Below are positions 24,536 through 35,428 of a stretch of DNA of 64,000 bases, in pieces (within the stretch, counting starts at the first letter, position 1; every line of letters begins with the position of its first letter). The notes below the pieces were generated by a model that worked only from the letters and a program-made list of their open reading frames with translations, did not search any database and was not told the DNA's origin. The DNA is from Naegleria gruberi (lineage: Eukaryota), in the NCBI GenBank assembly GCA_000004985.1, contig GG738890.1; one strand, given 5' to 3'. The translations under genes and the position numbers were made by a program.

Positions 24536-25217
24536 AATTACGTGATGTTCTGTAGAATATATTACTACTCCTTTTATATTGATGATGATTCCGGATATAT
24601 TAGATGATGGTGATGATATTATTATTCAAGACAATCTTTAAATTATTGTTAATTATTATTACTATTATCCAAAAATCATTAAAAAAACAATGAAATCTTG
24701 TTCTGAACAATAAATAGTATATTAGAACGGCAAGACTTGCCACCAAGAAGGAACACAGCAATAAAAAAAACAAAATCACACTGTGTTCTTGTTGTTGTTG
24801 TGTTTTTGAAACAAAATTAAAAGACCGTTATTTTTTTTCTTAATAAAAAATAGCTTGGAAAGTGAAGTCTTTTGCAAGGGTGATGGTTGAGAAGAGTTTT
24901 TCGTATCCGCTTTGATGCAGATGGATTTGTTTTGATCTGATTGGGAATGGCTTTGGAGATTTAAAGATTTTGATATATTTCTAATTTATCTTTTTCGGGA
25001 TCATCAAGAAGATTTTTTGTTTATTATTTCAAAGGCTTCTTCTTATCTAATAATTAATTAATTGTGTGGATAGAATTGTTACTCATCATGATTCAATTAA
25101 TTAAAGGAAAGATAGTTTTAAAACTTTCCGAACGCAATATCCTCTAAAAAGGAAAAACAGAAAATTGGAAATATTCCAAACAAATAATTAGAAAAAGTTT
25201 CTTCAACAAAAAGAAAT

Positions 25218-27342
25218 ATGAAGAAGAGAGAAGGAGCAACCGAGAATTGTCAAATACAGCTTCAGCACAATCCAAAAACTGCTCAAGATTTATTCAAGCA
25301 TTTACAACCCCAAACTATTCATTTACCTCCTTTGGAGAATGGTGAAATACTAATCAAGGTATTATATATTGCCTTGGATCCAAGTTTGAAACCATTACTA
25401 GCTGGAGAGAAGATACCATCTTCTAGTGATGGTACTCAAAAAAAAGATTTGGTTTATGATCATCCTCCAAGTAAAACAACCATAGATGAAAAGGGAAGTA
25501 AATTGATTATACCACCACCAAGTATTGATATTACTACATGTCAAGCAACTGGAAATACTCAATTTGCAAATTATTTCCCTCCACCATTCTCTAAACAACA
25601 AGAATGGATTGAGAGTAATCATCCTTCAATTGGCAGTAATTTGAATACAGATCCTAGACGAATACTCAATTATGGTGTATTGAAGGCGTATGCAGTTGGT
25701 GAAGTTATCGAATCTAAAAATCATTTATTCACTAAGGGAAGGTATGTATTTATTTGAGAACATTAGGATGCTCATAATATGAAATAGAAATGTTTACGGC
25801 AATTTGGGAGTTCAACAATATTTACTTTCGAGTGGAGGAAAAGATTTGGATGATAATATGGTCCGTGATATTACAATGGATTCTCCATTATCTGCATTCC
25901 TCACTCTTTCAAAAGCAGGTTTATGTGCATATTTTGGAATCACAGAGCTTAGCAATGTTGCAGAGGGTGAGTGTGTATTTGTAACAGGAGGTACTGGTTG
26001 TGTTGGATCATTTGTTCCACAGGTCGTGAGAGCCTCTCTTTCTGATAAGAAGATTAAAGAGGGGATTAAGAATGACGAAACTCATCACGAGCATGTTCAC
26101 AAAAGCTCACCATCATCCGTTGGTAATCATACGCACAATAATGGCGAAAAGACATCATTATGCAGTTCTAGTCATTGTTTAATTCCACACCGATCTTGTA
26201 ATAAGGCCAAATCCCCAACTCTATCATGGCTCTTCTCTTCATTAATTGAAGAAGAGAATGAGGAAGAATATGACCTTTCACACTCTAACAATGAGGATGA
26301 AGAGCACTTTCCCAAATCTTCTCATGAGGTCATTTCGAGAGAGGATGAGCCATCTGAAGCAACCCACTTTATACACGATCCAATCGTTACCCCACATGGT
26401 CATCTTTACCATTCCCCAGAGGAGATGAAACATGGTCATCATCTTCACTTGCCTCACCATACTACTCATCACCATCCTTACTTACACAATGTAGAAAGAT
26501 TGAATCTGATGAATTCATCAGCATCTACTCATATTCCTCCACAGATTAAGATTTTTGGATTTTGTTCCTCTGATTCAAAAAAATCACTTATGACTAATAA
26601 GCTCAAATATGATAATGCCATCAATTATTCAAATTACATGAAAAAGAAGAATACTTCAGAGAGTGGAGCATCCACTACAGATGATCCACTAAACAGCCCA
26701 TGCGCCTCTTGCCTTATTCCAGCATGGTCATCGGTGTCTCCATTTACACACATGTATGGTGCCAGTACGGGTAGTTCTTGCAGTGTATTGCAAGATCAAC
26801 CAGCAGATACTTGTCTACTCAAAACTGGTCAAAGATATGATTATTCCAAAATTGATAGAGCTGCATTGAGTAAGGCTATTGGAGAAATGTGCCCAGATGG
26901 AATTGATGTGGTCTTTGACACTGTGGGAGGTGTCTTGCTTGATTTATGTTTAGAACATTTGAAAACAAATGCAAGAATAGTTATTTGTGGAGCCATTGCA
27001 AATTCCAATGGAATTCAGTCATTTTCATCATCGGTAGGTAAGAATGAGAATGAAGCATTTGAAGGCCCTCACAATTATGTAAACCTTATCCTGAAATGTG
27101 CCAGAATGGAAGGATTTATGGTTGAAAAGTTCCAGTCCAAATTCAAGCAAGCTTCCCATACTCTTGTGAGATGGATTCAAGAGAAGAAGATTGATAGCTT
27201 GGAAGAAAATGTTATTGAATGCGATCTCAAAGATCGAACACAAGTTATCAATGCAATTGAGAAATTATTCAGTGGTGAATATTATGGAAAGTTAATTGTT
27301 AGAGTAAAGCAGAGTGGTACACTTTCCAGTCCTCAACATTAG
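25218..27342 (+). CDS. MDR-superfamily NADP-dependent oxidoreductase (prostaglandin reductase / leukotriene-B4 dehydrogenase-like), 2 exons (25218-25741, 25788-27342)
   Basis: N-terminal GEILIKVLYIALDP. Downstream it contains LSAFLTLSKAGLCAYFGITELSNVAEGECVFVTGGTGCVGSFVPQ (the GxGxxG Rossmann motif) and GIDVVFDTVGG. A 46-nt intron (AG|GTATGT..AAATAG) restores the frame between the two track ORFs. Confidence 0.7.
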
Positions 27343-27374
27343 TTAACATTACAAATATACTACATTATATATAT

Positions 27375-29255
27375 TTATTCAGTTTTGATTTTGGTTGATC
27401 TTACTCTGCAACAACAGAAGCAACAACACAAGCAAGTCAAGAAACGTTTAACAATCAGTGCGAAAATTCCAATTTGTAGAGCAGTTGTAATGAATATGAA
27501 ACTAGACCATTCCAATGGAAGCTTCATTCCATCATCACCTTCATCAAATCCCCTATGTCCATTAAAATACTTGAATGTAAAATAGAGCGCATTGTGAATT
27601 CTCTCACCTGAATTTGATGAGTAATACTTGAATAATGAGCTTGCCCATTGAATTCTTTCAGCCTTTTCTTGACTAATCAAGGTGCTTTCTATCAAGTTAC
27701 CAAATGTTTGAGGAGTGATCCATTTCGAATAGATCCAATCACCAAAATCTTTATCCTGCAAACGATTACACACTAAAAATTGATCAGCAGTTATTGGAAT
27801 ACCAACCAAGAGCTTTCCATAAAAGATTCCCTCACTCACACTATTAAAACCACAATGAGTGACAAATAATCGAGTTGCCCTATGATTTAGTATAAATTGT
27901 TGGGGAAGAAAGTCACTCGAAAGTTTCATTCTCTTTATCCAAGTATTCGAATCTTGCACAGATGAAGCATAATCCAATTGATTACTATTCATTTCCTTTT
28001 CAAGAACTGCTTGTTGTTCCTTTTCAACTCTCATCAAGACATTCAAATCCTTATTCGATTTCAACACCTTCGAAAGACCTCTAATAATGTTTCGATTAGT
28101 TTCAACACTCAATTTGAATTGACTTCCTGTACTAATAAAAATCAATCTTTCATTATTATTACCAAGCAAATCTAACCAATCTTGAAGGGATTTAAATTCT
28201 AGTTGACCTGAAACTGAATCAATGAGAGGAAAACCAATATCAAAATATTTAGGATAAGCTCTCATTCTACTAGATTCCAATACTCCAGGAGCTGACATTA
28301 ACAAAACTGGATATTGACTCGAAATGGAATTGTAATTTCTATACGAAAAGGTTTTTGTAATGAACTTTGAATTGTAATGTGGTCGAATTTTGAACAATGC
28401 AAAGCAATGAACCAAAATTCTCAGAGTTGGAAAGAAAATTTGTGCAGTAAAAACATTCACTAGAATGGAAAGAATCGAATATCTCCAAACTCTCAACTTG
28501 AACCATTGAAAATAATCATGTAAATATTCGAATCTTCCTAAAATGTAATCTGTGAAAGTTCCCCAAAGTAATTCAGAAATAGAATTTGGATGTGTCAATG
28601 GTAAATCCTCAAAATCAATTGCTTCAGCAATACCAGTCACAAGTGTCATTAATCTCACACTATTATTGAACTTGGCATTTAATTGTTGAAACATGTCAAT
28701 GTATGAATAATGGAAATCCAAAGAATCAACAATTATAATATCTGGCTTTTCATTTGGATAATTCTCAAATCTTTCCATGAAAAAATTAAAAGATTCAATT
28801 GAAAATGAAGCCATGACTTCCAAACCTTCGACAATTGACATTTTCATAATATCCTTCTTCCATTCTCCATATTTATAAAAATATAGAGATTTACTTTGAT
28901 TTTTAGGTAAACCTTTCGATTGATCAATGATTTGATAATTTTGCAAAGGAAAATCTTGTGGAATCCATTCTGAGGGCTTGGACACGTTTTCGATCCACGC
29001 CAACGACACTGAAATTTCATAGAGATTATTTCCATTCTCGTCTTTTGGATTGAATTGCATTAAATTCTTAATGACGGTCATGAAGGGATTGTAATGTCCT
29101 TTGGATGGTGCTGGACAGAACAAGATCTTGATGGCTTGAACTTTCGAATAAAAGCAAACGAAAGTGAGAATGAAAAGAAGGATGAGGATTGGTTTGTTTC
29201 TAAAGACATGTGTCTTCATCTTGTTTTTTTTTGTGTTTGATTTGAACAAAGTCAA
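27375..29255 (-). CDS. family-1 UDP-glycosyltransferase (UGT) with C-terminal TM anchor and poly-Cys tail
   Basis: Signal peptide. PSPG/UGT signature ...LNHRATRLFVTHCGFNSVSEGIFYGKLLVGIPITADQF. C-terminal TM FIFITTALQIGIFALIV followed by CLCCCFCCC. Confidence 0.7.
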   Translation of the reverse strand: MTLFKSNTKKNKMKTHVFRNKPILILLFILTFVCFYSKVQAIKILFCPAPSKGHYNPFMTVIKNLMQFNPKDENGNNLYEISVSLAWIENVSKPSEWIPQDFPLQNYQIIDQSKGLPKNQSKSLYFYKYGEWKKDIMKMSIVEGLEVMASFSIESFNFFMERFENYPNEKPDIIIVDSLDFHYSYIDMFQQLNAKFNNSVRLMTLVTGIAEAIDFEDLPLTHPNSISELLWGTFTDYILGRFEYLHDYFQWFKLRVWRYSILSILVNVFTAQIFFPTLRILVHCFALFKIRPHYNSKFITKTFSYRNYNSISSQYPVLLMSAPGVLESSRMRAYPKYFDIGFPLIDSVSGQLEFKSLQDWLDLLGNNNERLIFISTGSQFKLSVETNRNIIRGLSKVLKSNKDLNVLMRVEKEQQAVLEKEMNSNQLDYASSVQDSNTWIKRMKLSSDFLPQQFILNHRATRLFVTHCGFNSVSEGIFYGKLLVGIPITADQFLVCNRLQDKDFGDWIYSKWITPQTFGNLIESTLISQEKAERIQWASSLFKYYSSNSGERIHNALYFTFKYFNGHRGFDEGDDGMKLPLEWSSFIFITTALQIGIFALIVKRFLTCLCCCFCCCRVRSTKIKTE

Positions 29256-29429
29256 TATTAGGATTCTTTTGAATTACAGATTATGAAATTTTTGATTGGG
29301 TTGATGATATTTAAATGTGCGTTGCATAATAGGACTAATTAGTGCTACTTGATTAGCGCGCTTCGTTAGATATTGATATTAAAAAACCTAACATAATGAA
29401 GTCCAATGAAGAAATGTAAAAATTTGAAC

Positions 29430-29514
29430 TGCTCATAGAGGGGGTCGAACCCTCGGCCATCTGCTAACCTCATTTTCTCATAAGACAAATGCTCTACCAC
29501 TGAGCTATATGAGC
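29430..29514 (-). tRNA. tRNA-Ile (anticodon UAU) with ~13-nt intron
   Basis: The reverse complement folds as a cloverleaf. The acceptor stem is GCTCATA/TATGAGC. The D-arm is GCTC-AGTGGTA-GAGC. The anticodon stem is TTTGT/GCAGA (2 G-U pairs) with loop CTTATG... interrupted at 37/38. The T-arm is GAGGG-TTCGACC-CCCTC. Confidence 0.6.
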
Positions 29515-29706
29515 TTCGATTTGATTTTTATTATTGATCATTAAGAGCGACAGATAATATTGCCAACCACTTTCCCATAACACGAACAGTGGAATATTCA
29601 ATTTAAAGAAATATATTATGAACTATTTAATAGATTAGGAGTCTGGTTTTGATTGACAGAGCTTGGAATCATTGTAATACATTTCGCTAATTAATTATTT
29701 AAAAAA

Positions 29707-31089
29707 ATGCAAAGAAGTGGTCTTGCAGTGTTTCTATCAAAGAATGTGAATACAATGATGAAGAATAGAAAATTATCATCATTATTCAAGAATACCAACA
29801 TGATGCTGATGAATTTACCTCATCATCATCATTATCGGAATGGATTAATGAATAATCATAATAATAATTATCGATATTTTCATAATGAATTATTCGGAAG
29901 GAGAAATAATGCAAATAATACAACATCATCATCACTACCAATCAATGACACAGAGGAAGAACAAGAACAGGAAGATCCACAAGTTAGTCAGAATGTTGAT
30001 GAATACAATTCACGATTATTGACATTCCTATTAATTGGAACACCATTGGCTTATTTAGCTTTATTAGAATTAACGAAATGGTTTGAAGAAGTTTACACTG
30101 ATTCCTCCTTAATGGCAAACAAATTGAGTGTTAATGATTTGGAAAGGATTTTCGATCAATTCACACTCAAGAATGGAGCTGAATTGTGTAAAGCATATAA
30201 TATAAATATGCTGGATTGGATCCAAGAGAATGAATGGAATTGGTTTGAAAAGGACTTTCAAAAGAAGAAGGCTACATATGCACTCTATGCCATGCATGCT
30301 GCTGGATTTGTGGGATGTTTCTTGTTGAAGAGATTTAATCCTGGCATGTTTAAAAGATTCTATGATAGACATGTGGCGATTAGTTTGAATAATATGTATG
30401 AAAGAAGATTTCACACACTTATTTTAGGTCAATTCGCTCATACGAATGTGCTTTCTCTCCTTATTCCATTAATTTGCCTTAACAACTTTAGTGATATCAT
30501 GGAGAATAACTTTTCACAAGCTTCATTACTTGCCCTATATTTTGTACTTCCAGCATTGGCCTGTATGGCCCACTCGTCACTTGGTGCTTTAATGTTGAGA
30601 TATCTTGTCAGTCCTAGCAATAGAGTTTTACAATATCGCATTGCCAAAATGGGTCAGTTCAATATTATTCAAGCTTCATTCTATTCCATATTTTTTGCTC
30701 CAATTGCTTTAACACTTCCTGATTTTTTGATGACACATGCTGGAATAACAAATTTGGAATTGAGTTATATATTATTTGGATTACAATTTTTATATTCAAT
30801 TATTTCTAAAGGTTCTCCATTTATGGTTGCAGAATTGTTTGCTTTTTATGGATCATATTTTGCTTTAAACCATTTGATTGAAAGAGAAGGATTTCAAAGA
30901 TCAAGAATTGTAGAGTTGGAGAAGGGATTTCGTTATTATTTGGGAGAGAGGGTAAATATCAAGAATAATGGAATGGCTATCTTTATTCCAGATAATAGAG
31001 AAACACTTGAATTGGCATATTATAAGAATGATAAGAAGGAAAAAGTGATCAAAACAAAGACACTTCTCGGAAAGGATTATACTGAATAA
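29707..31089 (+). CDS. polytopic membrane protein, unknown function
   Basis: 460-aa ORF with an N-terminal Asn/His-rich region followed by at least 6 hydrophobic helices. Confidence 0.4.
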   Translation: MQRSGLAVFLSKNVNTMMKNRKLSSLFKNTNMMLMNLPHHHHYRNGLMNNHNNNYRYFHNELFGRRNNANNTTSSSLPINDTEEEQEQEDPQVSQNVDEYNSRLLTFLLIGTPLAYLALLELTKWFEEVYTDSSLMANKLSVNDLERIFDQFTLKNGAELCKAYNINMLDWIQENEWNWFEKDFQKKKATYALYAMHAAGFVGCFLLKRFNPGMFKRFYDRHVAISLNNMYERRFHTLILGQFAHTNVLSLLIPLICLNNFSDIMENNFSQASLLALYFVLPALACMAHSSLGALMLRYLVSPSNRVLQYRIAKMGQFNIIQASFYSIFFAPIALTLPDFLMTHAGITNLELSYILFGLQFLYSIISKGSPFMVAELFAFYGSYFALNHLIEREGFQRSRIVELEKGFRYYLGERVNIKNNGMAIFIPDNRETLELAYYKNDKKEKVIKTKTLLGKDYTE

Positions 31090-31558
31090 TATTTTCAAAC
31101 CAAGTACAGTCTATTCATTACCCTTTGCAAACCATTCAGGAATGGAATCAATATTGTAATAACATTTCCATTTGAATTAATTACTTAATCAGATATCCTG
31201 AATATATTTCTTTTCATGGAACTCAAATGATGCAGTAGAATGTGAGAATTTTAATTATCTTTGGAATTTCTTTTAACCTTTATTCGTAACTTTTGTTCTC
31301 AGACCATTTCTGTTGTGGGTGTCTTCTTGGCGAATAGCTTGGTTCATTTCAAGATTTAGTCCAACAGAACTTGCTTGTTTTTTTTGCTAAATCTTGAGCA
31401 TAACCGCCTTAGTTAAAATTATTCCGCCAAATATTTATTCAAACAATTCTTTGAATAATCCTTGAAGACTCTCTGAAGATGATGTTTAATAATTGAATCC
31501 AGAGAATTAGGTTATTCTAATTATCCCCATTCTCTTCTTAATTATTTCATAATACTGT

Positions 31559-32675
31559 TTAAATTGTAAAATTGAATGAAAGGTCAGCATAGCTTATATT
31601 TTGCAACATGACCCTCTGATATTTGCAACTTGCAGCACCAAATAAAAGTTCCCATACGAAATCTAATTCTTCCAATGTTGAGGGAAGATAGAATACCGTT
31701 GCTCTTCTTCCACATCTTCCAGATCGTCCGCTTCTCATTCGACTGAGCGCCTTATCGCAAATCACATCAAAATGCACAACCAATCGGCAAAGTGGCATGT
31801 CAATTCCAAACCAATCCTCATGAGTTCCAATCATTAATTGTGAAAATTGGTTTTCCAAATTGAGGAGTTAGCTCAATGGATGGATATACTGATTCCTTTA
31901 GAATTTTGTAATATTGTTCTGCTCTTGTGTATGTGTTGCAGAATAGGAGAGCAGGCTCAAATTCATACTCATAATTTTGAAAGAATGATTCTCTTAATAG
32001 GCTTAGTTTCTGCTCTTCTTTTGGACAATAGACAAAACGTTCTATAATGCTCTCGCTCAATTCTTCGAAATCGCTATCACAATAACTGTTGCATGTTGTA
32101 ATGAGTGAATCCTTCAAGTGCTCATCGTGCATGTAGCATTCAATGGGCAACGTTCTTGTACCAGTGCATAAAATTTCACATTCCTTTGGGAGTTGACTAA
32201 ATATTCTCTTGATACATCTTCTTGATTCAGTTCCAATTTCCAACATGAAATTCATTTCGTCAATAGCAAGAATTTCCAATTCACTAACATTTATACCATT
32301 CTTGATTGCCTTTTGTGGTGTGGTAATTAAAATTCTTAGATTTTCAGTAACTTCATTCGAAATTCTCGAATGATCAATAAAATCAGCTATGGCATTCATT
32401 GTTCTATGTATTTGATATTCCAAATAATCGGTTGGAACAAGAACTAAACCTTGCAATTTACCATCATTCTTTGTAAAATCCACTTCTTTCAATACTTTAA
32501 TAATTAATCCAACAGTCTTTCCTGCTCCGGCAATCCATTGAACAATTTTGGAAGATTTCACATCTTCTGATTGTGGATTCAATATTACTTTCTGTACGAT
32601 TAGCATGTTCTCCAAGCCGTAGGTATAAATTCCTCGTAATAGATTATCTGTCAAGTTACAATCATCAAATAACAT
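31559..32675 (-). pseudogene. eIF4A-like DEAD-box helicase paralogue with degenerate motifs and a +1 frameshift (two overlapping ORFs, 31818-32675 and 31559-31858)
   Basis: Upstream ORF: FDDCNLTDNLLRGIYTYGLE...QWIAGAGKT (Q motif and motif I, compare eIF4A FDDMNL..LLRGIYAYGFE..AQSGTGKT). DEAD is degraded to IDEM and SAT to TGT. Downstream ORF: LMIGTHEDWFGIDMP..VVHFD (motif V) and SGRSGRCGRRA (motif VI). The two ORFs overlap by 40 nt in different frames, and the overlap contains no GT..AG pair. Confidence 0.55.
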
Positions 32676-32850
32676 TTTTTTTTTAAAATTAAAACTTAAT
32701 TTGCCTTGTTTGGTGCATTTTGAAATGTAAAAATGTTTCAGTGAAAAATAGTGATAACATTTGAATTAAACTATTAGATGTACATCTTGCAATACGTATT
32801 TTGAAAATAGTGAGATAATATTTGACATGTACATTTAGAATTTTACAAAA

Positions 32851-33534
32851 TTACTTCTTGTAATATTTAGCAACTTGTTCAGGAGTTGCCTTTTCCAAAA
32901 ACCACCAACTAATAGCATATAATATTCCAGTAGAACGAACAATTTCCTCATCCATCATAAACTCCTTTGCTTTTGCAAGTGGCAACTCTATTACATCAAT
33001 CATTTCACCTTCAGATTCCAAACCTCCTCCTTCACTAACCTTCTTTGAAATCAATCCAGGATCAGTCGATTCACTCAATTCCTCCATCACTTCCACATAA
33101 AACAAATGTTGAATTGCATTATTCTTTGCAGCTCCAGAATAATAATTAGTGATTGGTTCAATCGCCTTCAATGGTACTTGATATCCACATTCTTCCAAAA
33201 TCTCAGCTTGCATTGTTTCAACTGGTGATTTGCCATCCTTATCCAACAAACCAGCACATAATTCAAAACTCATCTTGGCTTTTAAATTTGTTTTTTCCTC
33301 TTCAGTTTTAGCCTCCATTAATTGTCGAACGAATACAGGTGGTCGGAATTGTTTTACCAACAAGAAACATTCCCTCTCTCTATGATACAACAAGGCTGCA
33401 ACAGAATCCTTCGTGATGGCCATATCCCACGATTTAGAAACTCCATTCTGTGAGTAGTAAATTCTCTGTAGGGAAATCCATTTGGATCCTGCTCCGAGAT
33501 TGGTATCAATGTGATAGTCGGTTATATTGTCCAT
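32851..33534 (-). CDS. Nudix hydrolase (NUDT14 / UDP-sugar diphosphatase-like)
   Basis: Nudix box GLLDKDGKSPVETMQAEILEECGYQV (Gx5Ex7REUxEExGU pattern). N-terminal similarity to NUDT14 (VKQFRPPVF). Confidence 0.6.
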   Translation of the reverse strand: MDNITDYHIDTNLGAGSKWISLQRIYYSQNGVSKSWDMAITKDSVAALLYHRERECFLLVKQFRPPVFVRQLMEAKTEEEKTNLKAKMSFELCAGLLDKDGKSPVETMQAEILEECGYQVPLKAIEPITNYYSGAAKNNAIQHLFYVEVMEELSESTDPGLISKKVSEGGGLESEGEMIDVIELPLAKAKEFMMDEEIVRSTGILYAISWWFLEKATPEQVAKYYKK

Positions 33535-33740
33535 TGCTATACTAGTGAGAGGTGTTGGTGTTGTAAGTGAGGATGATGAAATTTCTCTTTCTGTTGAGTT
33601 TGAATATTTTTTTTAATTTTTTTCCAATTTTAATTATAAATTGTCTTGTTTTGTCCTTGTCAAGAATTTGCCAAATAAAATCTTCAATTAATCATACTTT
33701 AAAATAATGGAAACTTTCTCAATCATCGAGCTCACCTAAA

Positions 33741-35279
33741 TCACAAATGAAATAGGAGTAAGTCTCGTGGATCACTGATTAATTGTTTGTCTAATACATT
33801 GTAATGTGGTGCAATATCCAATAATTGTCTGAGTATAGATCTTAATAGAGGTCTACATTGAGAGACGGAGTCTTTTTCTTCCTTTGACTGACATCTGTAG
33901 TTCATTGATTCCCAAGATATTTGATCTTCTCCTACATAGATTCTCCATAATTTTAAATAGTCGAATATGGGATCTTGGGTATTAATGCGGAATAATGCAT
34001 CACTTTCATATCCATCATGACCATAGTAGAATTGTTGCTGAACAAATAGCTTTGCCTTGGCACTAGATTTCTTGTAAGTAATGTCAAAAGTCAAGTCGAC
34101 ACAAAGTCTGGGCTTTCGTTTGAAATTAATAGTGAGAATTCTTCCAATTACGTTCGATACTGATATCTCAGAATCCTTCTTCTGGATTTGTTGGCTCTTA
34201 ATGGATGTGAATGCACGACATGCTACTTTCCAAGCCAAATCCAATACTCTAGTTTCCTTAATATTTTCCAAATCATACAAGTCAATTAAATAGTTAGATC
34301 TCTCATCATGAATTTCGATATCCCTATTAAATTCAACATCTACAATTGGTTTTGGGTTTTCCTTTTCTCTTTCATCCTCATATTCGCTCCATAGAAATGA
34401 ATTGAATGGTGATAGTTTGTGCTTTTGTTTGGGAGTTTTCAGTTCTTCATATAAAGAATCATAAAACTTGTCATTGATTTGATATTCCTCAATTTCACAA
34501 TCAGCATCTTCAAATCCTTTGGCATTCACTTGTAACACTATATTCCTTTTAACATTTGGATCAATGTTCAACCTTTCTTTCCATTTAAAATCACTATGAC
34601 CTTTCACCACATCTACATAAATAATTATATCTTCATTGATTGAGTAGAGAGCACTCATTTTCAAAGTAGCTTGCTCATTCAAATAGATCATTAACACTAC
34701 CAACTCTTCCCCTTCTCTAAACAATTTCTCCATCTTTGTAATTCTAATCTTGGGATAGGTGGTTGAACTTATGTTTTCAGATAATAATCTAGTCAACCAC
34801 TCACTAAATGATTTTTTTCTCTTATTCTTTCCAAACCCGGAAATTACATATTGCCGAGCAAAAAGCCAATGTTTGACACTAACTAATAATCCAATCATAT
34901 TTCTTTCCTTTTCCTTCTTGCTTGAAATTTCATTCGAATTGGAAATTAAATTAAATTCCTGAACCAAATAATTCTCCACTCTATTAATTAATGCAAATCG
35001 AAAATCACCCAACAACAAACTTTCATACCACTGATGACTCACCAATTGCAAACAATGTTTTTGAATTTCATCAAATGGAAGAAAAGAATAAATCAACCCG
35101 ATCACATCATTAGAAAGAAGCAATTTTTCCCTTCCTATCCGATTATTAACATCCTCGTCGTGAGAAGAGTATTTGGCTAACTTATTGTTTGTGGGTGAAT
35201 CACTCGTTTCCTCTTGTATTGCTCGTTTCATTTTTTTTTGTAAAAAATCAGGCGGCAAAATCAACCAATAATATTTCAT
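33741..35279 (-). CDS. F-box-like protein, unknown function
   Basis: DVIGLIYSFLPFDEIQKHCLQLVSHQWYESLL near the N-terminus. No other recognisable domain. Confidence 0.4.
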   Translation of the reverse strand: MKYYWLILPPDFLQKKMKRAIQEETSDSPTNNKLAKYSSHDEDVNNRIGREKLLLSNDVIGLIYSFLPFDEIQKHCLQLVSHQWYESLLLGDFRFALINRVENYLVQEFNLISNSNEISSKKEKERNMIGLLVSVKHWLFARQYVISGFGKNKRKKSFSEWLTRLLSENISSTTYPKIRITKMEKLFREGEELVVLMIYLNEQATLKMSALYSINEDIIIYVDVVKGHSDFKWKERLNIDPNVKRNIVLQVNAKGFEDADCEIEEYQINDKFYDSLYEELKTPKQKHKLSPFNSFLWSEYEDEREKENPKPIVDVEFNRDIEIHDERSNYLIDLYDLENIKETRVLDLAWKVACRAFTSIKSQQIQKKDSEISVSNVIGRILTINFKRKPRLCVDLTFDITYKKSSAKAKLFVQQQFYYGHDGYESDALFRINTQDPIFDYLKLWRIYVGEDQISWESMNYRCQSKEEKDSVSQCRPLLRSILRQLLDIAPHYNVLDKQLISDPRDLLLFHL

Positions 35280-35428
35280 TAAGGTACACTGTGCATTATC
35301 TCAATGATCGACCTAATATTTAAATTGTAATCTCTAAATAAGGAACGGGATCGTGAAGCGAACTATTTGCTCTTCTCATCATTTTACCATCCTTAAAAAA
35401 AAATTCCAACTATTGAGGGCGCAATAAA

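Noticed and set aside
26024-26548. His-rich segment of the oxidoreductase as a conventional in-frame intron (CAG|GTCGTG … TCCACAG|ATT)
   Set aside because: About 525 nt with no stop codon in frame is highly improbable for intronic AT-rich DNA, and its GC content matches coding sequence. I treat it as a translated insertion pending RNA evidence.
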